A stretch of DNA of 64,000 nt from an uncultured bacterium (GCA_965552055.1 CBEVQO010000001.1:192001-256000); one strand, 5' to 3'. Counted from the stretch's first letter, positions 10,225 through 23,800 are shown. Made by a program: numbers and translations. Notes: generated by a model from the letters alone, not told the origin.

Positions 10225-11354
10225 TTACAAAAATAGAGATAGAAAATTTTAAAAGCATCGAAAAGGCAGTAATTAATCTTTCAAATCTTAATATTTTGAT
10301 AGGACCAAATGGTGCGGGTAAAAGTAATCTTATAGATTGCTTTAGATTTTTGAAAGAAATCCTTATTTACAGTGAATTCAAAAGGAGATTTGACGAAATC
10401 GTGTTCAACTCCGAAATTAAACGGAAAGTTAAAATTCATCTTTACGGCAAGTATAATGATAAGCCATGGGAATATTTAATACAAATTAAGGGCGATGAAA
10501 GAAGAGAATGTATTCTTGCGAAAGAGGAATTAAAATATGATAACGAAAATTACATCATTTATCCCGCAGAAAATAATACAGCTGAAATAAAGACCCAGTC
10601 AGGAAAACCTAAAATGAGTTATCAAGGCACTTTATTTTTATACTTCGCAAAACACGAATATTGGGAATTCTCATGGATTTTACATCAATTTATAAAAAAC
10701 TGGCTCATTTTCTTTTTATATCCTGAATCTTTGAAGAAAATATCGGAAATTAAAAAAATTGACCACTTCAAAGAAAAAGGAGACTTATTCTCATCTTATA
10801 TTCATCACCTATTTACACGATATCCTGAACATTTTAAAGAACTTCTTGATTACATGAAAGAAGTTTTCACAGAAATTGAAAATATAAAAATTGAAATCAT
10901 TGAAGGTAAGCCTGCTCTTTGCTATCTTTTATTTAAAGAAAAAGAGATAGAAAACGAAATCCCACAATGGAATTATTCTGATGGCATTTTAGCCTTCTTC
11001 GCATTTGCTTCTTTATTATATTCGCCATTTGAACACCCATTGATATTGATTGAAGAGCCTGAAAATTATATCCATCACTCAAAATGGACCCACCTTGCTG
11101 ATATTTTTATGAACCTTGCGGAAAAATCTCAACTTATCATAACTACACATTCACCTTATTTCTTGAATCATTTTTCGCCCGAAAATGTATTTGTTGTTAA
11201 AAAATACAAAGGCAGGACAAAGTTTATAAAAGCAAGCGATATTAAAGGAATAAGAAAAGCCCTAAAAGAATTTAGACTCGGGGAAATATGGTACTCAAAG
11301 GAACTGGAGGTTGAAGATGAAAAAGAGGGAAATAGCCATGATTGTGGAAGATAA
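10221..11354 (+). CDS. AAA_15/AAA_21-type ABC-like ATPase
   Basis: IENFKS, Walker A GPNGAGKSN, YSDG signature, LIEEPENYIH, ITTHSPY; GTG overlaps ispG stop. Confidence 0.9.
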   Translation: MITKIEIENFKSIEKAVINLSNLNILIGPNGAGKSNLIDCFRFLKEILIYSEFKRRFDEIVFNSEIKRKVKIHLYGKYNDKPWEYLIQIKGDERRECILAKEELKYDNENYIIYPAENNTAEIKTQSGKPKMSYQGTLFLYFAKHEYWEFSWILHQFIKNWLIFFLYPESLKKISEIKKIDHFKEKGDLFSSYIHHLFTRYPEHFKELLDYMKEVFTEIENIKIEIIEGKPALCYLLFKEKEIENEIPQWNYSDGILAFFAFASLLYSPFEHPLILIEEPENYIHHSKWTHLADIFMNLAEKSQLIITTHSPYFLNHFSPENVFVVKKYKGRTKFIKASDIKGIRKALKEFRLGEIWYSKELEVEDEKEGNSHDCGR

Positions 11355-11832
11355 AAATAATGAACCTTTTAAAATAATAGCACAAAAAATAAAACCACAT
11401 ATTTCAATAATTGTGAGAAATCTTCCGCGAGGAGATTTGCAAAAAGAAGAAAAAGTCGTAAGTTTTATAAAAAATATCCTCAACAAATACCGTGTTAAAA
11501 AAATTATTATTTGCATAGATTCGGAATGCTATAATTATAATCTACGCCTAAAAATAAATAACATTTTGAGAAGGTTAAGAAAAACATTTAAAAAACAGGT
11601 TATCCATTATATTATAATACAGTGTGCTTTTGAAAGCTGGATTTACGAAATCATCACAAATAAAACCGCTCCACAAGTGAATTCAGCTAAATTGAAAAAC
11701 GAGATAAGAAAACTCAAAAGGAGATACGATATTAAAGTTGTAAGGGAGATTATTGAAAATATGAACATCTCAATGCTTCGGCAAATTAATCATAGTTTTG
11801 ATGATTTTGTGAAAGCAGTGAGGGACCCATGA
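11311..11832 (+). CDS. DUF4276/TOPRIM-like partner of the ATPase
   Basis: Acidic motifs IVED, CIDSE, FESW; overlaps ATPase 3' end. Confidence 0.6.
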   Translation: MKMKKREIAMIVEDKNNEPFKIIAQKIKPHISIIVRNLPRGDLQKEEKVVSFIKNILNKYRVKKIIICIDSECYNYNLRLKINNILRRLRKTFKKQVIHYIIIQCAFESWIYEIITNKTAPQVNSAKLKNEIRKLKRRYDIKVVREIIENMNISMLRQINHSFDDFVKAVRDP

Positions 11833-12167
11833 AAAAATACCTAAAATCCAAAATTCATGGAATTAAGGTTACAGCTAAAAAAATAGATTATGAAGGTTCA
11901 ATTGTAATAGACAACAAAATCATGGATGAAGCCGAGATTGAGCCCTATGAAATTGTCTATGTCGTTGATGTATGTAATGGTGAGCGCTTTGAGACCTATG
12001 CTTTACCTGGTGAAGAAGGTGAATGCACGCTACTTGGCGGTGCTGCACGCAGAGTAGAAATCGGCGATAAACTCCTCGTATTCTCTTACATTTATGCAGA
12101 AAAAAGAGAAAAAACAAAAATCCTGATAATCGAAGATAACAAAATAAAAGAGATAAAATGTCTTTAG
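11829..12167 (+). CDS. panD: Aspartate 1-decarboxylase
   Basis: LKSKIH, YEG/SI cleavage site, NGERFETY, GGAAR. Confidence 0.96.
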   Translation: MKKYLKSKIHGIKVTAKKIDYEGSIVIDNKIMDEAEIEPYEIVYVVDVCNGERFETYALPGEEGECTLLGGAARRVEIGDKLLVFSYIYAEKREKTKILIIEDNKIKEIKCL

Positions 12168-13132
12168 ATTATTTAATACTGGCTGCTGGACTCGGAACAA
12201 GGATGAAGTCAGAGATACCAAAAGTGTTACATAAAATACTTGGCAAACCCATGCTTTATTATCTTTTGAAAACGATAGATAAATTACGAAAGGAAATGAA
12301 TGGCAGAAAAATAGTTGTCATAGGTTATAAAGGCGAACTTGTTAAAAAGGAATTTGAAAATGAAGGTTTGATTTTTGTTGAACAAAATCCTCCTCTTGGC
12401 ACGGGTCATGCCGTTATGTGTGCGAAAGATGTCTTGAAAAATGGTGCAGAAAACACAATGGTGCTCGTGGGAGATGCACCGCTTTTATCCCATGAAACCC
12501 TTAAAAACCTCTATGAATTGCATAAAAAAGAAAAAGCAAGTTGCACAATTTTGACAGCAGAATTTGAAAATCCAGGAAGATATGGAAGAATAGTAAGAGA
12601 AGGTAAAAATGTAAAAAAAATAGTAGAAGCAGTAGATGCATCACCTGAAGAACTTAAAATAAAAGAGATAAACTCTGGAATTTATGTATTCAATACGAAA
12701 AAATTACTTGAAAATCTCACCAAAATAAAGCCCGACAATGTCAAAAAAGAATATTATTTAACGGATGTTGTGGAAATTTTGACAGAAAAAGGCGAAAAGG
12801 TTTGTGCATATAAAACCGAAAATCCAGAAGAGATAATCGGAATAAACGACAGAAAGACACTATCAAATGTTGAGAAAATAATTTTAAAGAAAATAGTTGA
12901 AAAATTTCAATTAGAAGGTGTTACTTTTGAAAATCCAGAAACCGTTTATATTGAGCCGGATGTTAAAATAGGCGAAGACACTTTTATTGGACAGGGAGTG
13001 CGTTTACTTGGTAACACCGAGATAGGTAAAGGATGCAAGATTGGTGCTTTTACGACGATAAAAGATTCAAAAATTTCGGATAATTCTGAAATAGGTTCAT
13101 TTTGCTATATTGAGAATGCTGAATTACTTTGA
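12158..13132 (+). CDS. glmU: GlmU-like UDP-GlcNAc pyrophosphorylase with short beta-helix (acetyltransferase domain incomplete)
   Basis: LAAGLGTRMKS, LGTGHAV, YGRIVR, EINSGIY, EYYLTD, GINDR; only 324 aa. Confidence 0.85.
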   Translation: MSLDYLILAAGLGTRMKSEIPKVLHKILGKPMLYYLLKTIDKLRKEMNGRKIVVIGYKGELVKKEFENEGLIFVEQNPPLGTGHAVMCAKDVLKNGAENTMVLVGDAPLLSHETLKNLYELHKKEKASCTILTAEFENPGRYGRIVREGKNVKKIVEAVDASPEELKIKEINSGIYVFNTKKLLENLTKIKPDNVKKEYYLTDVVEILTEKGEKVCAYKTENPEEIIGINDRKTLSNVEKIILKKIVEKFQLEGVTFENPETVYIEPDVKIGEDTFIGQGVRLLGNTEIGKGCKIGAFTTIKDSKISDNSEIGSFCYIENAELL

Positions 13133-13135
13133 GAT

Positions 13136-13522
13136 ATGAAAAGAGGACTTATTTCTTTTGGAATATTGGTCCTTTTAATTTTTGCAATACTTTTTGCTGT
13201 ATCGACTTTTAAAAACATTTATGACCTAAAAAAGCGTGTCAAAACGATAAGGGTGGAGGTCCTGAATGGCACATCCCGTCAGGGTCTTGCTTTTAGAGTA
13301 TCGGAATATCTGAGAAAACGGGGATTCGATGTCCTTTATTACGGAAATGCGGATTCTTCGCTTCAGAAAACCGTTATATTTGACAGAACAGACAGGGATT
13401 GTAGAAACGCCAGGATAATAAAAAAATATTTAAAATGCGGGATAATAGCTTATGAACCTCATCCTGCAAAGATAGTAGATGTGAGCGTAATCCTTGGATA
13501 TGATTTTCCTGAAAAATGGTAG
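13136..13522 (+). CDS. LytR C-terminal domain membrane-anchored protein
   Basis: N-terminal TM helix; VEVLNGT..GLA, GNAD, DVSVILGYD. Confidence 0.85.
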   Translation: MKRGLISFGILVLLIFAILFAVSTFKNIYDLKKRVKTIRVEVLNGTSRQGLAFRVSEYLRKRGFDVLYYGNADSSLQKTVIFDRTDRDCRNARIIKKYLKCGIIAYEPHPAKIVDVSVILGYDFPEKW

Positions 13523-13857
13523 AGATTGTTAAATTCTTATGTGATATTTTATACGACAAAAAGGCAGAAGACATAGTTATACTTGATTTGCGCGAACTTA
13601 CAGATTTTACGAGTTATTTTATCATTTGCACAGCACTTTCTGACATTCATGCGAAAGCAGTAGCAGATGCTGTTATCGAAAAGATGAAAAAGGAAAAGGG
13701 ACAATTACCTTCTTCTCTTGAAGGATATGACTTTGGACACTGGGTGCTTATTGATTATAGCGATGTGATAGTCCACATTTTCCTTGAAAAAGAAAGAGAA
13801 TATTATAACCTCGAATTACTGTGGGCTGATGCCAAGAAAGAGAATTATAAAAAATAA
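13516..13857 (+). CDS. rsfS: Ribosome silencing factor
   Basis: DKKAEDI, WVLIDYSDVIVHIF, REYYNLELLW. Confidence 0.96.
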   Translation: MVEIVKFLCDILYDKKAEDIVILDLRELTDFTSYFIICTALSDIHAKAVADAVIEKMKKEKGQLPSSLEGYDFGHWVLIDYSDVIVHIFLEKEREYYNLELLWADAKKENYKK

Positions 13858-13944
13858 AATTACATCTTTATGAGATATCGAGAGTGACAGTTGAACTTTC
13901 TTTGGGATTCAATAATCTGCGCTCCGCCCTTCCAGCGATTTTTA

Positions 13945-14835
13945 TTATTTCATCTTGAACAGAAAGTCAAGTTTGTGAGTGTTTTTGAACTCCGGATGTG
14001 TTGAGTAGGCATAGTTTATGCCGAAATTCCTGTAATTAAGCCCAAGACCGCAGGTAAATTTGCCATTATCGAGTCCAAATCTCAACTTCGCTTCTTTAAT
14101 CATGCTCCACTCGATGCCAGTGTGAAATGTAAAGGGATAACCTGAAGAAAGTATCCTCGATGTCTGCAATGACAAAATCAACACATCGTATCCTTTCCAG
14201 TAAGAGAGAGCTAATCCCACATCTGCAGAAGGTTTGAGTTTATCCGTATATCCTGTGTTCCACTTTATCCTTGTGAAAATGTCAGAAATCCTTATTCCCG
14301 TATAAATTCGCAGAGCAGAAGCAAGTAAATGTATTTTTGGCGCAGAATAGAAAATGCCAAAGTTAAAACCAGCTCCCCAGCCTTTTGACTTATGTAATTC
14401 CATTCTGTAAAATTTAAAAGTGATTCCCGCAGAAAAATCTTTAATCTTGTGTCCAAAACTTAGGCTATATTCCTCTGTTAAAAACTTTGCAGTACCAAGA
14501 TAGACAATCTCCGGGTAGTTTGTTCCGGGTAAGGTATCGCCAGATGTGGTCTGCTGCCATTCTGTGCTTACCCTTATTAGTCCAAATCCCATAGGTATAT
14601 TTTTAAATCTTTTACAGATAGCGATATAATCATATTTTGTCTGTGCAGGAAGCTCTGTATGCATGTAAAGTATTTCTCCGTGATAAAGTTGAGTTAATGC
14701 GGATGGATTGAAGATTACGGAGTTTACATCATAAAGTGCACAGAATGCATTGCCGAGTGCCGAAGGTCTTGCTCCTGTCCCCACATTCAAATAATCAAAA
14801 TTTGTTCCCCATGCTATCAAAAATATCAATAACAT
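13945..14835 (-). CDS. PorV/PorQ (UPF0164)-like outer-membrane beta-barrel
   Basis: GTGARPSALGNAF...SVIFNPSAL N-terminal motif; alternating beta-strands, INYAY near C-terminus. Confidence 0.8.
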   Translation of the reverse strand: MLLIFLIAWGTNFDYLNVGTGARPSALGNAFCALYDVNSVIFNPSALTQLYHGEILYMHTELPAQTKYDYIAICKRFKNIPMGFGLIRVSTEWQQTTSGDTLPGTNYPEIVYLGTAKFLTEEYSLSFGHKIKDFSAGITFKFYRMELHKSKGWGAGFNFGIFYSAPKIHLLASALRIYTGIRISDIFTRIKWNTGYTDKLKPSADVGLALSYWKGYDVLILSLQTSRILSSGYPFTFHTGIEWSMIKEAKLRFGLDNGKFTCGLGLNYRNFGINYAYSTHPEFKNTHKLDFLFKMK

Positions 14836-14844
14836 ATCACCTCC

Positions 14845-17800
14845 TTACTTTATAACCGCTATCTTCCAGATTGATTCTGCACTTTCCTCCTCTGTCTTCG
14901 CTATCACTTTACAGATGTAAACTCCATTGAGCACGATGTCGCCAGCAAAGTTCCTGCCATCCCATGTAATATCCAGCCTGCCACTTAATACGGGTATTTC
15001 CTCGCTCCATATGAGATTGCCTGCAAGTGTATAAATCTTAACTTTCACCTCTGCTGGCTTATTCACCTTCACCGCTATTTTGGCTGTATTTCTCAATGGA
15101 TTGAATGGATTTGGATAACTCGCAACTTCAACATTCAAAGGCTCATCCACTGTGAATATAGAAATCGGCATTTTTACAGCTCCAAATTCAGGTAATTTGA
15201 AGCGCTGAACCCTGTCATTGTTTCTGTCTGCTACATAAATCTCTTTTACAACATCACCTTCATAGCAAAGCGAAATGCCACAGGGTTTGTTGAATCGCCC
15301 CGGTTCTTTTCCAAATTCTCCAAATATCAGTAACCTGTTTCCAAATCTATCGCACATAACAATTCTATCCGCATTCCTTTCGCAAATCCATATATTCTTA
15401 TGTCTTGAGATTTCAACATCTGCGGGATAATCAAAATTCTCTATCTCCATAACCCTGAACGCCGTATCAAATAAGTTCACATAGTATTTAACGACTTTGC
15501 CACTGCAGACAAGGCATGTGAAGATGTAAGGGCTGTCAACTCCAATACCTTCACATTTATGTGCAGGAATCGTAAATACGATATTTGCAGAGTCGTCAAG
15601 GAATGTTAGCCTATCCCAATTTCTTTCTGCCACAACTATGTAATCACCATAAAAGTTTATTCCTTTTGGATGATTTAGTCCCGTTGCTGAATAAACTTCA
15701 TTCCCCGATAAATCAAATCCAAGCACAGTAAGATGCGTATGACCCCACCACAATGTCGTATAAATTATTTCTCCATTGAACCTTACAGCATTTGGATGAT
15801 GCAAACCTGTTATTTCTCCAACAAAATTACCCCAGTAATCAAAGTATGCAATCCTCTTATTGTTTCTGTCTGCTACATAAATCCATGAGTTTCCATCTGG
15901 TAAAATGTGCACACCTTCAGGTTTATGCAGACCTGTTATTGCGAGGTCAAATTGTGGCTCACAGCGAAAGATTATCCTTCGAAATTCAGAAGTGTTTAAC
16001 ACAACATCCTGTGCTGTTAATCTCAAAACATAAATTCCGTCGGATAAATCTTTTGCATTGAACCAGCCAAGGATTGTATCTATCATCTGCTTTTTGCCTT
16101 CGGAGATGGTTATCCAGTCAGATGGTGAAATTCCTTCTCCATACTCTAATTTCCACCATCCAAAGTGAACATCCCTTACCCTTCCATAAACAGGCACATT
16201 CTGATTTACCATGCAGGATTCTGTCGGTGAGATTATGAAGCATTCAGGTGGAGTGTCATCAAGTATAAATTCATGAGATTTAACATCTTCTTTATTTTCC
16301 ACATTATCAATTGCATAATGGGAGATTGTGTGCATGCCATCCTGTCCTTGCAAGCCCCAATCTTCCAGAGTGAATACAAAGTGAGTATCAGGTATTTCCT
16401 GCCATGGCATGGAATCCACTCTATAAACTATTTTCTGCACGCCCGATGCTACTCCTGCGGATAATGGGTCTTCTGCTCTCAATGTGAAATCTGTATGCGA
16501 TGTGATAATCGTTGAATCTCCGTAACTATAAGAAGGTGTGCCAGTTATCAGTTCAGAAACAGGTTTTGTATCATCGACTGCGAGTAATTTTTCTTTTGTG
16601 GGTTCACGATTGCCAAGCTTATCAACTCCATAATAGTAAAGTGTATGCAAGCCTTCTCCCCATTCGGCGAGTGTAAATGTGGTCTCTGCAACATAAATCC
16701 TCTTTTGAGAAGCATCACACCACCAGTAGCCAGTATCTACTCCACATCCTTCGTCTGTTATTGTGAGAGTTAAATCCGTATGTGATGTTATATACATTGG
16801 ATTATCACTGTATTTGGGTTCGCCGATTGTCAGTTGGCTTACAGGCGGTGTGTTATCGAGGTAAACCGTGATTATTTTGTGTCCTTCTTCATTTCCAATG
16901 TTATCAATTGCCCAGTATTCAATTGTGTATTCTCCATCTTCTCCTGTTATTGTGAATGCCACGCTATCGCCTGAAATTACATTTTCCAAACCATTTATCA
17001 TGTAGTGAATTTCTTTTACTCCGCTGGATGCATAACTTATCACTGGGTCTTCCGCTTTAAGTGTTATTTTAGTGCTTGATGTTAGCCACAGTTTACCTTC
17101 CTCATCCTGATATTTTGGTTCACCGAATGTGATTTGTGTTTGTGGTGGTGTGTTATCGACATAAATCGTTTCACATTTCTGTGGCTCTGTGTTTCCGAGA
17201 TTATCCACAGCATAGTATTTTACATTGTAAACTCCATCTGATGGTAGGGTGAATTCTCCTCCCTCTACCCAGTACCCTGCAAAGTTGTAGTATCTGCTTT
17301 TTACTCCGCAACCTTCATCTATTGAGAAAATCATAATTAGTGAATTAGAAGTCACAAATCTTTTACCATCAATCAAAATAGTAGGTGGCTCGAAAGTAAG
17401 ATGTGAAGAGGGTGGTGTATTGTCGAGGTAAACAATGGTATCAATGGTTAAACTTCTATGTCCGAGATTGTCGAAAGTCCAACAAATTATTGAATACTTG
17501 CCGTCTTTCCTTGCAATAATGTTATAAACAATGCTATCAGAAAATGTTGAATCAGCATCAATCTTTGTCGTATTATAATAAACTTCGTAATTAATTTCTT
17601 TTACACCGCTTGCAATTCCATTTATAATGAGGTCTTCCGCTTTCATGATAATATCTGTTTGAGAAGTAATCCACATTTTATCGCTTACATATTTTGGCAA
17701 GGTTATTGTGATTTGTGCAACAGGAGAAGTATTGTCAATCCTTACAATTTGTGATTTTATATCTTCTCTGTTTTTCGCTCTATCAACGCTATTGTAATAA

Positions 17801-20800
17801 ATTGTGTATTCCCCATCAGGATATTGTAATTTGAAGGAATAAGGCAACAAATCAGTGGTAAGTGCATGAGTTATGCCATTTATCTTGTAGTATGTTGTAT
17901 CAACTCCGCTTTTATCATCCCATGCGGAAATTGTTATTTGAGTCGTAGAGTCTATATAAGGTGGTGAGCCGTAATTTGGTGTGCCAATGGATATCTCCGT
18001 AACAGGTGGAACAGTATCTTCTATTATTTCAATTGAGAATGCAATTGTTTGATAATTTTCTGCATAATCCCTGGCTGTAATGTGGCACATGTAAATCCCT
18101 GCTGGTAAAACCTTTCCAGAAAAATCTTTACCATCCCAGATTTCGGTATAGCTGCCTTCTTTTAGATCAAAATAAGATTTATGATAAACACCTGCTCCTA
18201 TCGGGTTCTCAATCATAATTTCTACAATTTTACATGATTCGGATAAAGTGAAATGGATATAGGTTTCTTCTCCTGTTGAAGGCATAAAAGTAGTGGGTTC
18301 TGCATAAGCAGTTATTTGAGGAGGCACCCTATCCACCAGCCAGTAGCCTGTCACTTCATTTGACTTATTGCCGAGAGAATCAATTAAGAATGATATGAAT
18401 CGATAGTAACCATCGGGTAACAACCTTCCAGCATCATCGTATTTTTCCCACACGAAACAAATTGTGTCAGCCTTAAATACCTTTTTCTTAGTAAATTTAT
18501 CTGTTACCTGATAATAAAGCATTCCTGCAGTAAAAGAGAATATTCGTAATGTCTCCTCATAAGTTTTGTTCACAATTAACAGAGTTTTTTCTGCTTCTAA
18601 TTTAGGCACTGATAATTTCCTCCATCCTACAGGTGCATTCTTTATTGCTGGTTCTGTTGGCTCTGGTGGTTCCGGTGGCTCCTCTGGTGGCTCTTCACGA
18701 GGTTCTTGCCAGCCTGCTATTGCAGAGATTGATGAAGATGAAGTCATTATTTTCTTCTTTAAGTTCTCAAAAGCTTCTAATTTTGTAACAAAGATTACTA
18801 TTTCTCCTGGCTTCACTTTTATCAAATGACTGAATTTACCTTCTGCATCGGTAGCCACTCGATAAATACCGATTAATTCGCTTTCGTCATTTATATCAAA
18901 TTTTCGTGCAGATAATGTTAAAGTAGAAGTGGGATTATAATTAGCAACAACTTCTCTTGCAACTTCATATATGTTCCTAAGAGGATTTGTAACTGCGATA
19001 ATAAGAGAATCCAATGGTTTAGCGTGTCCTTTAATTTTTGCTGTGGTATCGTTTATAGTAATGAAAGAGTCAATAACAGGCTTCACTGTTTCCGTTTCTG
19101 TGTAATATAAAGGTGCAAATACTGGGAAATCACCACCTGGAAAGGAGTCAAGCGCTGCTTCTATTGTAAGAATTCCATCCGCTTCAGGCTGACAGGGAAA
19201 TGTTGTTAAATCAACTATATCTCCAGAAGGTGAGATACCATATAATTTCAACTTTGAAGTATCTATGTTGCATTTTTCAATATCCCGGGGCGTATAATGG
19301 AATTTTAAAGTTGGTCTTTTTGTAGTATCGAACTTAGCACCTGCTGGCTGCATCAATAACACAGGTCCATAGTTGCCCGTTATTATGGGAGTGCCATACC
19401 CTAACCCAGCATCTTCTATTAGAACAGGTGAAATTTTAGCAATCGTATCAGTTGGGAACGCTCCTTCTTTAAAAATTATCTCTGCTCTACAATAAGGAGA
19501 GTGCGCCTCCGATACATTATCATGTGAGATAAAATCACCTACATAAATGTCTTTGTAATAAACTTTCACAGGAGTTTTCGAACTTTTGCTTTCAAACAAT
19601 TTAAGCATTAATCTGTATTTTCCATAAGCGTGTATTGAGTTCCAGTAGCAAAGTGTTTGGAAGCCTCCAACAGGTGTTTTCCTTTTTGTCAACTGATAGA
19701 GATTCTTTCCGTCATATGCCCATAATTCGTAATAATGACCTTCAGGGTCTCCCTGAATTTCTATAAATGCTTTTGGCAAACTATCTAAATTAAGAGTATG
19801 AACAGGAATAAAGGAATCTAAGGCACTGTAACCAAATAAAGAATCGTGATAGCTGATAACAAGTGTATCGAGGTCATAATTATTTTGGTCGTTAATGTAT
19901 TTTAGATTAATATTCCAGTTTGTGATTTTGAGGTAAGGGTTTGAGTTATTATCCCAAAAAGTAGCGGTATAATCGTTCTGCTGGGCAACAACCTCTGCCG
20001 TTGCATTAAATTCAATCGGATTTATTACTTTACATGTTGATATTATGCCACTCTTAGAAAGGAAATTAACAGAAGTGGTTAGTTTAACACCTCCTGTAAT
20101 TAAAGAAACTGCCATCCAATTGACATATGCGCCAATTTCTTTTGCGACGATTTTATCGCCTACTTTTAATTTGCAGATACATTTAGTGACATCATAATCT
20201 GGAGGTACATTGACATTCCAACTAGTAAATCCAAATGTGGATTTTTCCGTTAAATAAAGTTCCTTTTGAGTAGAAAAGGTATCCGTTACATACAAAGTAC
20301 AAAGTCTTGGACGACCATCAATACCGGGATCTTCTTCCTCTATAATCATTTTTTGAGCAACAAAACTTGCTTCAAATGTAACTTTCCTTTTAAGAGAGTT
20401 AGAGTACCAGTCTATGAAACCAACCTGTTCACCTTTCCCATAAGGCTTAAATTCGTCTTTTGTAAATATGATGGGCATAGAGAATATTTTTCCCTGTTTA
20501 AGGTTTGTATCCATAGTTGTTTGCCATGCTAAAGTTTCAGCCACTACTCGTATAGAGTCCTCCCAAGGTGGAATTAATCTCACATTTTCTCCTGCTATTA
20601 AATGTGGTGTTTGGTATCCACCAATTTGCACTACTTTTGGATTGACAGGAAATAGCTCATCGTAAGATATAATGTCCGTATAATAAACGGTATCAGAATG
20701 TAATTTTATTAATAAGGTATCAAAAATTGACTTGAGGTCATTCGAAGGCACACTAATAATTTTGCCACTTTGAATGCGTGAATAAAGAGTACTATAAGTA

Positions 20801-23800
20801 AAAAACTTAAAAGTCACTCCTCCAATAGATATACTGTCGTAACATCCACCGCTGGAAATTTTTGAAGAATCTTTAAATTCGACTTTGTAGCTTATATTTT
20901 GTATTTCTACACTATCCAAAGTATCCCCAAAACTAATCGTCCAAATTAGAGTGTCATTAAAAATTCCTATTCTATTAACGAAAGATTTTGTTGAATAAAG
21001 TGTCGCGTCTAGATAAATGGCATAGACAGTTCGATAACTTCCGGTGCCCAAAAACCAAGTAGTAACATCATCACTGCCTTTAGCTTTAACTAAGTACCAG
21101 TTACCGTTACTGCAATGTTGCCAATACGCATAATCTCTTTCCAATAAAATACTAATACTGCTAGGTCCGCCTGAATAGGGATTATTCACGACAGCCCATG
21201 TTGGGTCGCCAGCCCAATAAAAGTCAGGAGTGGCGAATATCGGAAAATCTTCATAATCTTCCACCTTCGCCTGTATTGTGACGCTAACCAAAGGTTTACC
21301 TCCTTTACCGATTGCGGTATCAACCAATGTATAAGGTTGAGGCGGGCAATACTCCCCCTCTGCACTTGCTTCAAATTTAAATTCTGCAAGTTCTTTATAA
21401 ACAGTATCTCCCAAAACTCCTACTTTATATCTATCTGGTATCACAATATTTCCATAAACTACAGAAAATGCGCCTGTATCTGCTTTAAATGTTTCACTTC
21501 TCGTGGTATCATAATCTTTCCCATCCAGTGAAGTCGCCTTTATCACAAAATAATATTCTCCTGTATCTGCTCCCGTGCCCTCCCATGTGTAATATGTTTG
21601 CCAGTTGCCCGCTGCAAAAAGATTTGTAACCAGAGTTTTTAAATATGCATCTTCATGATATAGATCAATTTGAACATTCGCATCTCTGTTTACTTTGAAA
21701 CTCAAAGTCACAAGTCTCTGCACGCTATCTTCATGGAAAGGATAAAAGACATCGGGACTAACATTGACATCCGTGATTTCAAATTTTGTCTTTACATTCA
21801 CAAATGCACTATCAATTGCTATGCCTTTGTAATCCTCTGCAATCGCCATCAATAGCACTTTATACCTGTCACTGCCTACATCTTCGCCTTCATTATTCTT
21901 TCCAAACCATAACACTTCTTTTATAGTATCTCCAAGGTCTATGACACACGGATTCTGGCACAATAAAGTATCTTTTCCAAGCCACAATCTATCTGTAAGT
22001 ACATCATTTTCATAAAAGGCAAATTCAAGTCTTCTGCTTTCTGACTTAAATGACAAATATTTTGTCCCGGTGTCCGCCATATAAATCATTCCAATTAATG
22101 AATCTTCGTAATTTTGGATAAAGAAATCAGTTGGATAAACTGTAAAGCCAGGTTCACTTTGCGCTCTTATGATGCACTTAGCAACCGTTACTCCATTTTC
22201 GTTCCTGAAAGCAATCTTCCATGTATCTTCTATCATATAAAGATAAAAGCCATGATGCAGTATGGCAGGCACACCTTTATATGGATAAATCACTCCGAGA
22301 TCTATATCATTAATATTTTTGCCATTCTCATCAAGGATATTTATTCTAATATGGGAAACTTTACCCTGAACCAGATAATTGATTTTCAATGTATCTCTTT
22401 CTCCCTGAATATTTAATGTGTCATCTTCTCCTGTTAATTGTGTTAAAAGTGTAACCTTAGGCAAAACACCTGTAAACGGCTTAACATAAACTGTCTCAAT
22501 ATCACAAAGATAATTTCCATTTTTCTCATAACTTATTAGTTTCAATTCACAGGTGTTATCTGCAAGTCCAGATACATCCCAGTATGCCAACATGTCAGGA
22601 GTTTCTACCTGTTTTATTCCAATATTTGCAGAATCACCTCGAAGCTCCGGTAATACTTCAATTCCTGTTTTTTGCCATATTCCTCCAGTTGTTCTCCACC
22701 ATATTTCAAATCTGTCAAATCCAGATGTGTTTCGCATATCAGGGTCAGATGCCCTCCCGAATATTGCTACTCTTACAGCCTCTACTGTATCTTTTGGATA
22801 AACGATTTCTGCACCAAATGTGCGTTTCAAAACCTGATCTTGCTTCCAGCTTACATTGCCCCATTTGTCCTTTAAAACAAGTTTAACATTATGGCAGCCG
22901 TTTGGTAAAGGAGTTAAATCTATTAATGCCTTGCCAGAAACTACGGAGCTACCAGGCTTAACTACAGTATCAAGTTGCAACAAAGTATCCACATAAATTT
23001 TAAGCGTACAAATACCTCTATTTTGTGCGATGTCTTTTCTTTCGGATACTTTGAAATAAACTTCCGCTGTGTCATTTATCGGAATAAGTGGCAATACATA
23101 AAGGTCAATTATTTCTGGTGCTGTTCTATCCACTCGCAATGTCTCTCCACCGAGGGGTTCTGGTACAATCGCTTCATTACCTGCTTTATCCCGTGCTATT
23201 ATCTCTGCTTTATAAAGACCATCGGGTAAATATTCGCCAAACCAATTTTTACCCCAATATATGATGTTTGTATCTTCTTTTTCACCTGTGTAATATCTCT
23301 TCTCGGTATAACCACTGACATAATCTGTAAAAGTAACTTCCATCTCTGTCCATTCATCTGTTAAGTATTTCATTATAATTGCAGTATCTTTTGATGTGAA
23401 AATAAGTGGCGTAAATGTTTGTGTAATCTCTATTTGCGGAGGCTTTGTATCAACTATGAAATAACCAGTATCACTCGAAACATTCCCTGCCTTATCCTTT
23501 ACAAATACTTTTACGATGTATTTGCCACCAGAAAGAGTATCCACATACCCGTATCTTCTTATACTTTCAAAATAGCAGAATTTAATAGTGTCGTGCACAA
23601 CTGTATCTCTCAATGAGTCATAAACCTCGAACCATACTGATTTTGGTACAAATAACATGTTTTCGAGGTTATCGGATGGTTTAAATATTATATTTAATGC
23701 AGGATGTGCTTTCCATGACCATAAAGTGGAATCGGGCTGATAAACTTCTACAACAGGAGGTGTGGTATCCCTATAGAAAAACCAATCATATTTTTCAGAA

